DNA of 64,000 bases from positions 19,449,254-19,513,253 of the forward strand of contig NC_068985.1 in the NCBI RefSeq assembly GCF_001194135.2, given 5' to 3'. Below, one piece after another: positions 12,189 through 23,677 of the stretch. The DNA comes from Octopus bimaculoides. Lineage: Eukaryota. Below the pieces are notes generated by a model that was not told the DNA's origin, did not search any database, and was given only the letters and a program-made list of their open reading frames with translations. Every line of letters begins with the position of its first letter. Position 1 is the stretch's first letter. The position numbers and the translations under genes were made by a program.

Positions 12189-15100
12189 CATATACATGGG
12201 TGTATATATTAAATGATTTTTATACATGGGTGTTATATATTATATGATTTTTATCGATAATGCAGCAAATCTATCAGAATAAAATTCTTGCTTTGGGAAG
12301 GTACCAATAAGTCATGAGGAGTTGGCTCCCTTGTTTCAAGTGCTCAACTTCTGTTCACTAACATGCATAATAATTAAATTTGAATACAATTATACCCGTA
12401 CTGATTTTTTTTTAAAAATCAAGTATAATTATAAACTCTGGTCAAGAAAGGCAGGGAAGACAACATCAAAATTTAAATTAATTAAAAATAAAATGCTGTG
12501 GGATAATGAGTCTGATTTTTTGGGGCGTGAATTTGAATAAGTTTGTGTGTGGTGGGAAGAAGACGATTATGGGGTCTCCCAAACTTCCTTCAACTCAGAA
12601 CCAAAAAAAAAAAAAAATTCTTAAAACAGAAGAAACGTTTTTCTTTCACAAATGAAAGAACCTAAAACCTTTTGATTCCTCTTCTTCAACCACGTAAACT
12701 TGACATGAACTTCACTGAATAATTTTTCATGATAAAAACAATCTCCAGCTTCCTTAGATTCAGTTTTTCACATACAGATTACAGGTAGATAAGATGCATA
12801 AAATAAAATTTTAATGCACAGAAAACAATTCTGNNNNNNNNNNTTCAAGGGAGATAATAAAAAGATATCACGAAGTCATCTGTGGTAAGGAATTTAAGCA
12901 AGAAAATAAAAATTTAAAATAATCTACATATAGGAAAATCAAATTAATTTTCACATATAAGTTCAAATCACATTTAAAAAATATGGCACATTAGACAACA
13001 TGTTATGATACACTTTTTGAATTGTTTAATTCAAATTTGCTATAAAGTAGTTTTTAATATTCTTTGGCAATCTGGAAGTTATTTTACATTCGCATTATTA
13101 TTTTCTTCGCTATTTTTATAATTTGTAACGTACACAATACAAGGAAAATTAGGCAGAATATTTATATAGAAAGACAATAGATTGTCTTATTATCTAAAAT
13201 ATGTAGTTCATCATTACTTTTATCATTCAGCGTTACAAGTCTCAATTAACATTTACTCAAGGATGTTGAAAAGAAACAAAGACAATTTAGCAACTATCAC
13301 TCAGGGAGGTAGAATAAAATAGCAAAGTTACAATAATATACAACAAAAGACCTAAATAACTCAGCAAATTCGAAAATAGAAAGGCACCGTTATTTTTTTT
13401 ATCTCAATGTTTAAAAATACATACGGTAGTTATTATTATTATTTTTTTTTTCATCACAGCAACACTAGAGCAACATTTTGCTCCCAACATACTGAAGTAA
13501 ACGCTGTATGTATATCTCAAACACCGGAAAGTTTTCAACATATTTTAAAAGAATATTTATAATTTATTTATTTAATTTAACATGATTTCTAGATATGGAA
13601 ATAAATAATAAATTTGTGTATTTACGTTTTAGCTTTTATTTATACTCTTTTTATTGGTCCCAGTCTATGGGCCATAGTAATGCTGGGATTTCTAATTATA
13701 TCTGCAAATAACATATCTTTTAAATAATTTTTAAATAACAACATATAACTACAAATTTAATAACTTTGATGTAATATCTTGATTGCTTCTAGAAAATGTC
13801 TAACAGCAGTTTTCAACGTATTAAAAAATTAACAATCATCATCATTTTAATAGCTATTGTCCCATGCTGGCATGGGTTAGATGAATCTGCCAAACAAAAA
13901 TACATTACGTCTTCTGTTGACAAGATCCTGACATCTGACCCTCACTACTCCATGTCTTCCCCAGACTCCTGCTATAAAGACCCTTCACTGATGATATACT
14001 CAGCACTTATAGGCCCATTCTTATCACATCATCATCATTTTTACAATTGCTTTTTCTATGCAGGCATGAGTTGGACTCCTTGAGGCAGTATTCTAAGGCC
14101 AGGCACCTTTCCTGATGCAAATAAAAAGGTACTTCATTCTACTGATTTCACACACTGAACTGCTAAGCTATGGAACATTGTTTATGCAGCAGATAAACTG
14201 ATGTAAACAGTGTTTAATGCAAAGACAAACACACACACACATTTATACATATATTGACACATATATGCATATATATATATACTTATAATCACTCACACAA
14301 ATATACACATACAAGTATATAATGACCTTTAGTAGTTTCCATCTACAGGATTTCACTCAAATGTCAACCTGAGCCAATAGAAGACCTTTGCCTAAAACAT
14401 TATGCAATGTGATTATACACAAAACCATGAGTGTGAAGCAAACTTCTTATTCATACAGCCATGCCTATGCCTTCAATCTCCATACCAATTCAGTCTTCTC
14501 TCTTTCACACATTGGCTCATGCCTTTAATGTCCTCTTGCATTCTGGCTTTCATGCTTCACACACCCAACACATCCTGCCCACCCACGTTTCTCAACAGGC
14601 TTTACAGATCTACTTTCAATGTCCATTTCTCACTATTGTACAGTATCACAAAATAATCTTATCACCAGAAATATATTGAAGTTTGATCTAAACAATAAAT
14701 AAAATACATTTTCAAATGTTAAAAAAAAAAAAAAATCCACTAAAGGAAAATAACTTGCTTAAAAACCTCATTGAGGTTTTCAATAGGCATTTTGAATTAA
14801 AAGCTAATTCAAAAGAGAATTTTCATATAATCTCTGATTAACACCACATGATGAATTAAGACAATCTACAACTTTGCAGCAGAACTGTGAAAGTCGTAGT
14901 ATTGGACCTTGTATTAGCAGTGGGTGTCTGAGGACAATATTAACTTTTATAGGAAAATTCAAATTAAATTGAAAGACTTTTACACATGTTAATGTGTTAC
15001 AACCATTAAGCAAAATACGCTTTAGAACTGATACTTTGAAGTAAATAAAAAAAAAAATCATTATTATCATCATTTAACATCCATTTTCCATGCTAGTATG

Positions 15101-15882
15101 GGTTGGACACACACAGACATAGATACAAACATATGTCTTCATCATAGTAACTAACTATATGTTAAATTAATTAGGCCTTATCTTCAAAACAAAAATTAAG
15201 ATATTTATTGTCACACAACCAAGAATTTGTAAAATCATTATTGCAATTTGAATGAAAATAGCTATAAACTTTGGTTCATTGTAATTCTTAAAAGTAAATT
15301 TTGTTGACAGAGTAAAGGTAACTTAAAAAGAAAAAAAACAAAAAAGACTTGCTTATAAATGATGGATTGTAATCAATGCAGGAGGAACTAAAGAACAAAG
15401 TTGTATTTATTTATTATAGTTTATCCTTATTTTTATAGACTCCTGCTCACATTAAGTACATGCATACATACATAGACAGACTGACTGACAGGCATACATA
15501 CATACAGAAATACAGACATAAATTCTATTGATTCCACTTCATCACAAACGAAGTGGATTCAAAATATCCACAGGAATGGTACAAAGATAGCAAGAGGTGC
15601 AAAATTTGCAGACCAAATGCAAACATTTGAGTTGTAACAAATAAACATAATGATTAAAATTAATTAACTGTTTGTGTAAGGAAGACAGGGACATTAATTT
15701 GCTCTAACTTTGATAATCCCTTCTTTAATATAAATTAAATGTATAAAATTCTTAAAGTAGGATCTGATCACAAACCACCAACATTCAATGTCATGTTGGA
15801 TCTTTTTCTCTCTTTCTGCATGTGTGTGTATGTATGTAATAATGAAGGCAGCTATCTACAAAATAAAACCAAAAAGGGAAAA

Positions 15883-16225
15883 TTCAATTTTCACTAATTG
15901 TGACTGAGAGTTCCCGGTAGTACCTTTATTGCTAGAAATATGAGTAAAAAAAAGCCTTAGAACTGCAAAAAAACACATTTTCATATACTGTCAGGGGAAA
16001 CAACCACCTCACAGTGAAGCTAGATCATTATACTAGGCTTGTTTTGTTTGAAAATTACAATTTTCAAATGAAACTAGCCTAGTATAGTAATTTAGCTCCA
16101 CTGTGGGATAGTTATCTCGCCTGTCAGCATATGAAAATGTGCTCTCTTGCAGTACTAAGGGTTTTTAAAACTCTTATTTCTAGCAATATAAGTGCTACCC
16201 AGTACCCTCAGTCATAATTAGAGGC

Positions 16226-16232
<7 letters not shown>
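15883..16232. repeat. ~350 bp near-complete palindrome (foldback/MITE)
   Basis: Nested complementary blocks: ctaattgtgactgag/ctcagtcataattag, attgctagaaata/tatttctagcaat, cacattttcatat/atatgaaaatgtg, tatactaggct/agcctagtata, tttgaaaatt-ac-aattttcaaa. Confidence 0.92.
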
Positions 16233-16287
<55 letters not shown>

Positions 16288-17241
16288 TTTGCAAGTAAAA
16301 TGTTAACTGAAACTTTGGCTGTGTTGCTCTTATCAGATTATAAGTTGGTATTCCAAATCTTAAATATAATCATTTGGAGTTTATCTTGTGGGAAGAGCAA
16401 TGTATGTGAAAAAGTAATGTATAGTGTAATAGCGTAATTTTGTGGTATATAAATATATACCTTTATTGGATGATATTATTAGGTAAGCAAACAAAGGTGT
16501 TTGTAGGGAGAAAGTAGAAATAGAATATATAGAAAAGAATAGAAAGGAGAGAAAAAGGTATTGTTGATAGGGTGACAGTAGAAAGAAAGAGGTGGTAAAG
16601 ACATTTTCTCTGGTTTAATAAATTAAAATTATGTTGAAACTATTTGGGTAGCTAATGGAATTATTGATTATTTATGCTATTGTTAGGTTTCATTAGAGCA
16701 TATATGTAAATACAGGTGCTGGGGGTTATATTTTAGAGAGGAACAAATCACAGGTAGGTCACATTGAGTAGTTTGTGTTGGAAGATTTGTTGAATTTTAT
16801 GAGGTGACTTCCATTAAGTTTGTTATTGCTTAGTATTGGAAGTTAATGACTGTTTTTTAGTATTGAGTGCTTCATTCAAGCATGTATGTTGGTAGAGGTG
16901 GGACAGGTTCGATTTGTATGGAAGGAGGGGGTCAAAGACAGGGTCTATCTTCAACTGAGTAAGAATTTTGATTTTTAAGTACTGGCTTTGTAGATGAACA
17001 TCAGCATTCATTATTTTATGTTAATACAGATTTTGATGCTATAATGTTTTCAACAGTAGCCAATGGATCCATACATGCATTTATATAGCCACAGATCTAT
17101 CTACACATCTTAGTGAGTTAGTACACATGCATCTAGTCATACACACAAAAAATACACAATACATTTGAGTTTCAATAGACAAACATTTTTACATATACAG
17201 ATAAATCTACATGTTCAGGTATATACATGCGTGCATATGTT

Positions 17242-17272
<31 letters not shown>

Positions 17273-17779
17273 TTATATATGAATATTATTCAAAACACTT
17301 TAACTCAGATTCTGTGCTAGTTCAGGCTTTGCAGGCTCCTCAGGCTTCTGGGACTTGGATATCCCATGAACCTGAGGAAAGAAGCTCCATTAGGGGTCTG
17401 TGAAACTTGAAGTAGCATGGATCATAAATCAAACTGTTTTGAATAATACATGCAACTCCCAATAAATACATTGAGTGCCCTTTCATTTGTCCACTCACAT
17501 ATATCATCATCATCAAACACTAGAATATATTCATATACCTATCTGCATGCAAACATATGTATGTACACAAGCAAATACATGCACTCATATAGATGTTAAT
17601 GAACTGAAGCAATTTACAGTCCAATTATGGTTACATAGCTGAAACTTCAAAGTGAGTTTTAACCTTTCCCTTGCAAAAATGAAGTATGTTTATTCTACTG
17701 AAAGCCATTGAGTGACCTTTCTATTTAATGTTTGACTGTTTTTATACAGAACTAAACACACAAAACATTAATACATTCA

Positions 17780-17980
17780 TAGATATATATGTATGTATTA
17801 ATATACATATATATATCTACATACATATATATACATATGTACATACATATATACATCTACATACATATATATACATATGTACATACATATATACATCTAC
17901 ATACATATATATACATATGTACATACATATATACATCTACATATATATACATATGTACATACATATATACATCTACATAC

Positions 17981-18011
<31 letters not shown>

Positions 18012-18035
18012 CATACATATATATATACATACATA

Positions 18036-18067
<32 letters not shown>

Positions 18068-18202
18068 CATACATATATATATATACATACATATATATAT
18101 ACATACATATATACATATACATACATATATATATATACATACATATATATATACATACATATATATATACATACATATATATATACATACATATATATAT
18201 AC

Positions 18203-18249
<47 letters not shown>

Positions 18250-18316
18250 CATACACACACATATATATATATACATACACATATATACATACACACACAC
18301 ATATATATATATACAT

Positions 18317-18370
<54 letters not shown>

Positions 18371-18500
18371 TTATATACATGCATATATGTATATACATAT
18401 ATGTGTGTATACACACACACATAGATATATGTATATATACATACAGGTATATGTATATGTACACAAACACACACAAGCATACATAGACACACACACATAT
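17780..18500. repeat. ~700 bp compound (TA)n/(TACA)n/(CA)n microsatellite
   Basis: Directly visible; source of the spurious YIYI/HIYI ORFs. Confidence 0.97.
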
Positions 18501-18980
18501 ATCCTCTTTTCTCCAAATATACTTAAATACACACATCCACACACAAACGACAAAGTTCCATTCAAAATACAAAAGTATAAGAATTATTCTTGAGAAATTC
18601 ACAGTATTCTCTAACAATTAAAAAAAAGGATCTATTTTTTTACTAAGTCGTACGCCTTTCATAGTTGTTAATTGGTAAGACATCATCCCATCAGTCAATG
18701 ATGTCCTCATTTACAAGTTAAACATTTAAAGGAGAGAACCAGTAAGAAATAAAATTTCTGATCATTTATCTCTCATCTGGCATGACATTGGAAGCTAAAA
18801 CTGGAAAACAGTTTTGGATAAATTTCAGCACATTGCAAGAGCAGTAAAAAAAGCAAAGGAAAAAAAATGAAAGAAAGAAAGAAAAAAGTATGAAACATGC
18901 ATAAGGCATTTATTGGGTGGTGAACTTATGCCACCACCCGGTTTAACACCCCCACCTGGTCCTTGGGTTCCTTTAACAGA

Positions 18981-19437
18981 NNNNNNNNNNNNNNNNNNNN
19001 NNNNNNNNNNNNNNNNNNNNNNNNNNNNNNNNNNNNNNNNNNNNNNNNNNNNNNNNNNNNNNNNNNNNNNNNNNNNNNNNNNNNNNNNNNNNNNNNNNNN
19101 NNNNNNNNNNNNNNNNNNNNNNNNNNNNNNNNNNNNNNNNNNNNNNNNNNNNNNNNNNNNNNNNNNNNNNNNNNNNNNNNNNNNNNNNNNNNNNNNNNNN
19201 NNNNNNNNNNNNNNNNNNNNNNNNNNNNNNNNNNNNNNNNNNNNNNNNNNNNNNNNNNNNNNNNNNNNNNNNNNNNNNNNNNNNNNNNNNNNNNNNNNNN
19301 NNNNNNNNNNNNNNNNNNNNNNNNNNNNNNNNNNNNNNNNNNNNNNNNNNNNNNNNNNNNNNNNNNNNNNNNNNNNNNNNNNNNNNNNNNNNNNNNNNNN
19401 NNNNNNNNNNNNNNNNNNNNNNNNNNNNNNNNNNNNN
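18981..19437. other. Assembly gap hiding the end of the GDPD5-like CDS
   Basis: N run; other gaps at 2772-2781, 12834-12843, 22089-22188, 24684-24693, 39831-39941, 43193-43202, 51904-52410 and 54779-54788. Confidence 0.99.
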
Positions 19438-19648
19438 CATGTAATGATGGGTTGGAGAATCAATATGGTCATTAGAAACACCTTCTGTTGTTTCCAGAAC
19501 GTCTTCTTCGAGTTGGTCGGCAGTAAATAATAGTTTTTCTTTCATAGTTCTTGAATTAGAATGATATTGGTCTGTAAGGATAGTCATTGTCTGTTGAGAA
19601 TGTAACGAAATTGTCTCTGGATTGAAGCGTGTTCCCAATAACCGGACC
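19438..19648 (-). CDS. GDPD5-like: GDPD5-like C-terminal exon, running into the assembly gap: (W)VRLLGTRFNPETISLHSQQTMTILTDQYHSNSRTMKEKLLFTADQLEEDVLETTEGVSNDHIDSPTHHYM...
   Basis: ctttgcag acceptor at 19649-19650; NPE.I.L and MKEKL.F match the GDE2 tail; stop codon not resolvable because of gap 18981-19437. Confidence 0.88.
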
Positions 19649-19872
19649 CTGCAAAGATTGAAGTTTTCAAGTAAGTGACCAATAAAAGGAAAAAAATCAT
19701 TCAATAAACATTGCAATAATTTTCCATTACATGTGAAACTTTACATGCAAAGAAAGAAACCAGGCAACACAAACTTATCAGATACAATCTGTAAGTGAAA
19801 CAGTAAAAATATGCAAGATTTTCTTGAAGTTCAATATGTAACAATTATCATTGTTGTTATTCAGATACTAAC

Positions 19873-19926
19873 CAGAGAGCTTTAGTTTCTTTGCTAGAAA
19901 CCAGCTCCTTCATTCTAGAAAGGTTA
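19873..19926 (-). CDS. Candidate optional cassette exon: (C)NLSRMKELVSSKETKAL(W)
   Basis: 54 nt, pyrimidine-rich ttttcctttttattcattag acceptor, TG|gttagt donor, phase 2 to 2, no stop; not needed for homology. Confidence 0.4.
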
Positions 19927-19966
19927 CTAATGAATAAAAAGGAAAAGCAACATAAGTATACATATA

Positions 19967-20182
19967 TGAGGGGTTGCTGACAAGTTCCAGGCTTTGGGTA
20001 AAAGAAAATACAGGAAGATAAGTTAATTATGATTTTATTCAACACATTCCTCTCTCAGATTCACACACTAATTGCAGTGCTCTTTCAGTTTTTCTAAGCC
20101 CTGTAAAAGGAATTGGAAAGTTGGGCCTTCAGCCAGGCCTTTCGCAATACCCTTAAAGTCAGGAACTTTTCAGCATCTCTTA
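19967..20182. mobile_element. Mariner-type MITE (~215 bp)
   Basis: TA-flanked TIRs gaggggttgctgacaagttccaggcttt / aaagtcaggaacttttcagcatctct. Confidence 0.7.
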
Positions 20183-20234
20183 TATATACATACTTATACA
20201 CACATATATATATATGCATGTATATATATATATA

Positions 20235-21022
20235 TGGATGATGGTGGACTTGCTTTTAATAAGTCTGCAAAGAAAGAGGCTTGGAAGCGCCATTATGAAA
20301 GGTTGCTGAATGTGGAGAATGAATGGGAGGAGGAGAGTCTGCCAAATGTTGACCCAACTGAGGGACTAGCTATCTGAATTGACAGTACCCTTGTAGATAA
20401 AGCAATTAAGGATATGAAGACAGGAAAAGCCCCCAGCCCATCAGGAATCACCACTGAGATGCTTAAAATATCTGGCAGTGTGGGATATGGTCTAGTCACC
20501 TGTATTGTAAATCAGGTGGTTCATGAAGGAGTCATACTGAATGACTGGTGCAGCAGCACCATAGTCAAATACTCCAAAGGTAAAGGTGATGCCTTAGATA
20601 AAAATAATTACAGAGATATCAAATTGTTGGATCAGATTATGAAAGTTGCAGAGTGGTCATAGCCCAACTAATCAGGGAGAGAGTTAGTTTAGATGAGATG
20701 CAGTTTGGTTTTGTGCCAGGGAGAAGCACCACTGATACTATATTTCGGGTAAGACAGCTGCAGGAGAAATACCTAGCCAAAGTTAAGCCTTTGTACTTGA
20801 CTTTTGCTGACTTAGAGAAAGCTTTTGACAGAGTCTCCTGGTCCCTTATCTAGGGGTCAATGCATAGGGATAGACGAGTGGTTGGTGAGAGCTGTACAAG
20901 CTTTGTACAGGGATGTTATCAGTAAGGTGAGGATGGGCAATGAGTACAGCGAAGAATTCAGGATACACGTAGAGTTTCACCAAAGATTGGTGCTGAGCCC
21001 TCTCTTGTTCATCATAGTCCTG
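20235..21022 (+). pseudogene. RTE-clade LINE reverse-transcriptase fragment
   Basis: AWKRHYERLLNVE, KTGKAPSPSGITTEM, KGKGDALDKNNYR, QFGFVPGRSTTD, DLEKAFDRV, LSPLLFIIVL; frameshifted; followed by RTE 3' tail ending (ATG)n at ~21132. Confidence 0.92.
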
Positions 21023-21294
21023 CCAGATCAGATTGGAGCCTGGTGCAGCCATCTGGTTCACCAGTCCTCAGTCAAATCGTCCAAGCCATGCTAGCATGGA
21101 AGGCGGACGTTAAACGATGATGATGATGATGAAAGAAACAAACAGAAAACAAGACAAGCAACACGAAAAAAATGACCCATCATCAGTTGTTGGCTGACAT
21201 ATTAATAAAAATCTGTAAATGTACAACCATCCAGATATCTGAGTACCTTATTATTTTTTCTAATATATAATTCCTGTACATCACCTCCAAACCT

Positions 21295-21353
<59 letters not shown>

Positions 21354-21694
21354 TATAATTCATATATATATATCTACATATATATTTTTATATGTATATA
21401 TATATGTGTGTGTGTGTGTGTATATATACATACACACACACACACACACACATACATAAGTTGAATTATATAAAACAAGACGGGTTTGATAATGAGAGAT
21501 GAAAATGAAATTTTCCAGTGAAACTACAAAGATGATAAATGAATGCTTAAACATATTTGAATGCTCTGATTATTACACTTATAAATAGAAACTTCAAAAC
21601 TGGGTCCAAATTAAGGTATTTGGATAATCAGGAACATTGATATTTCAAAGACACTTCAACTGGTCACACCAAAATATTTAATACACTGACTTAC

Positions 21695-21777
21695 CATTGT
21701 ACTATAAGTATGGTGATGATGATGATAGCAGATATTATATCAACTGAAACCCATGTCATAAGATATGTTCCTGGAGT
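21695..21777 (-). CDS. GDPD5-like: GDPD5-like exon (last TM): TPGTYLMTWVSVDIISAIIIITILIVQ(W)
   Basis: 83 nt, cttccag acceptor, gtaagt donor, phase 0 to 2; P..Y..W...D..S pattern. Confidence 0.92.
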
Positions 21778-21844
21778 CTGGAAGATAACATAAAAGAAAA
21801 TTGAATATTTGGACTGCAACTATTATTAGTATTACTTAGGCAAT

Positions 21845-22039
21845 GAGCAAGCAAATATGTTAGCATGTCAAACAAAATGTCTAGTAGCCCTCTATGTTCC
21901 AAGTTCAAATTCTAATGAGGTTACCTTTGCTTTTCATCCTTCTGGGGGTCAATAAGATAAATACCAGTGAAGCACAGGCTGATGCAAACAACTAGGCCCA
22001 ACCCTAAAATTGCTGGACTTATGCCACAACATGAAAGGA

Positions 22040-22081
<42 letters not shown>

Positions 22082-22775
22082 TAGTTTTNNNNNNNNNNNN
22101 NNNNNNNNNNNNNNNNNNNNNNNNNNNNNNNNNNNNNNNNNNNNNNNNNNNNNNNNNNNNNNNNNNNNNNNNNNNNNNNNNNNNNNNNTTATTATTATTA
22201 TTATTATTATCATCATCATTATTATTATTATTATTAAGAAGGCAGCAAGCTGGCAGAATCATTAGAACACTGGGCAGCCGCTACATTCAGAATTCAAATT
22301 CCACCAAGGTTGACTTTGCCTTTCATCCTTTCAGAGTTGATGAAATAAGTACCAGTTATGCACTGGGGTCAATGTAATCAACTAGCCCCCCTTCAAATTC
22401 TGCCAGGGTCAACATTGGCTTTCATTCTTTCAGAATCAATATGATAAGTACCAGTTGAATTCTGCGATCGATGTAATTGGCTTGCCTCTCCCTGAAAATG
22501 CTGGCTTTGTTCCAAAATTTGAAATCATCATCATTATTATCATTATTAATAAGGCAGTGAGCTGGCAGAATCATTAGCACACTGGACAAAATACTTAGCC
22601 TCATTTCATCTGCCTTTATAGTCTGAGTTCAAATTCTGCTGAGGTTGATGTTGCGTTTCATTTTTTTGGGGTTGATAAATTAAGTACCAATGAAACAGTG
22701 GGGTCAATGTAATCAACTAGCCCCTCCACCAAAATGTCAAGCCTTGTCCTTGTAGTAGAAAGGATTATTATTATC
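21845..22775 (+). mobile_element. Head-to-tail array of 3-4 tRNA-derived SINE copies separated by (TTA)n/(ATC)n
   Basis: Repeated aaggcag..gagctggcaga...ttcaaatt...tttcatcct...ggggtcaatgtaatcaactagccc units; gap at 22089-22188. Confidence 0.75.
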
Positions 22776-22983
22776 ATTTGCTGGAGGCAGCAGCAGCAGT
22801 AACACGATCATCATCGTCATCATCAAAGATGCTTATTTTTCTTCATTGAAAGAAATTAAATTACTGAAAATTTTAATGCATATTAGAGTGAGAAACAGAT
22901 TCCTATGAGATTTCAAACTAAAAACAAAACATAAAATTAGACACAAAATTTCAGAAACTTCAAAAGAATTGGTTTAAACTTAC

Positions 22984-23131
22984 CAAATGCCATAATGGTT
23001 TTTCAATTTTATTGAGGACGTGACATTCATCTGTTGTTACAGATTGTACACCCAGACACCAATACAGGGAAAACAGCCAGTATGTATTAACCAAGTAGAC
23101 ATTAGTAGTAATGTTGGATTCAAGATATTGT
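22984..23131 (-). CDS. GDPD5-like: GDPD5-like exon: (L)QYLESNITTNVYLVNTYWLFSLYWCLGVQSVTTDECHVLNKIEKPLWHL
   Basis: 148 nt, ttttcag acceptor, gtaagt donor; WLFSLxWCxGVxSVTT motif. Confidence 0.95.
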
Positions 23132-23677
23132 CTGAAAACAATAAAAATGGAAGTAAATAGTCACCAGTTAGAGAAGTCTAAATATGATTTAACTCTATAG
23201 ATTTATGCCATAGTATATAATACATGAGTGGGTCCTACAATCAACATTAAATAGCTAACAAAGGTAAATAGCCAAACTTAACTCTTCCAGGTGCAGGCAT
23301 GGTAAGAAGTTTGCTTCCCAACCACATGGTTCCAGGTTCAGTCCCACTGTGTAGCACCTTGGACAAGTGTCTTCTATAATAGCTTTGGACTGTCCAAAGC
23401 CTTGTGAGTGGGTTTGCTAGACAGATATGAAAGAAGCTTGTCATATGTATAAGAGTGTGTGTCTGTCCGTTTGTTTGTCTGTCTTTGTACCCTACCAACA
23501 CTTGACAACTGGTATTGGTGTGTTTATGCTCATGTAACTTAGTCATTTGACAAAGGGACTAATAGAATAAGTGCCAGGCTTTAAAAAAAAACAAAAAAAC
23601 TAAGCAGTGGGGTTGATTCACTTGACTAAAATTCTTCAAGGTGGTACCCCAGCATGACCACAGTCTAATGACTGAAA

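Noticed and set aside
17728-18617. Long ORFs of 147-252 aa ([12 protein letters not shown])
   Set aside because: Pure microsatellite translations
18825-19716. ORFs containing X runs (also 21967, 39771 and 51692-52655)
   Set aside because: Open only because N codons are not stops; only the flanking GDPD and RTE parts are real
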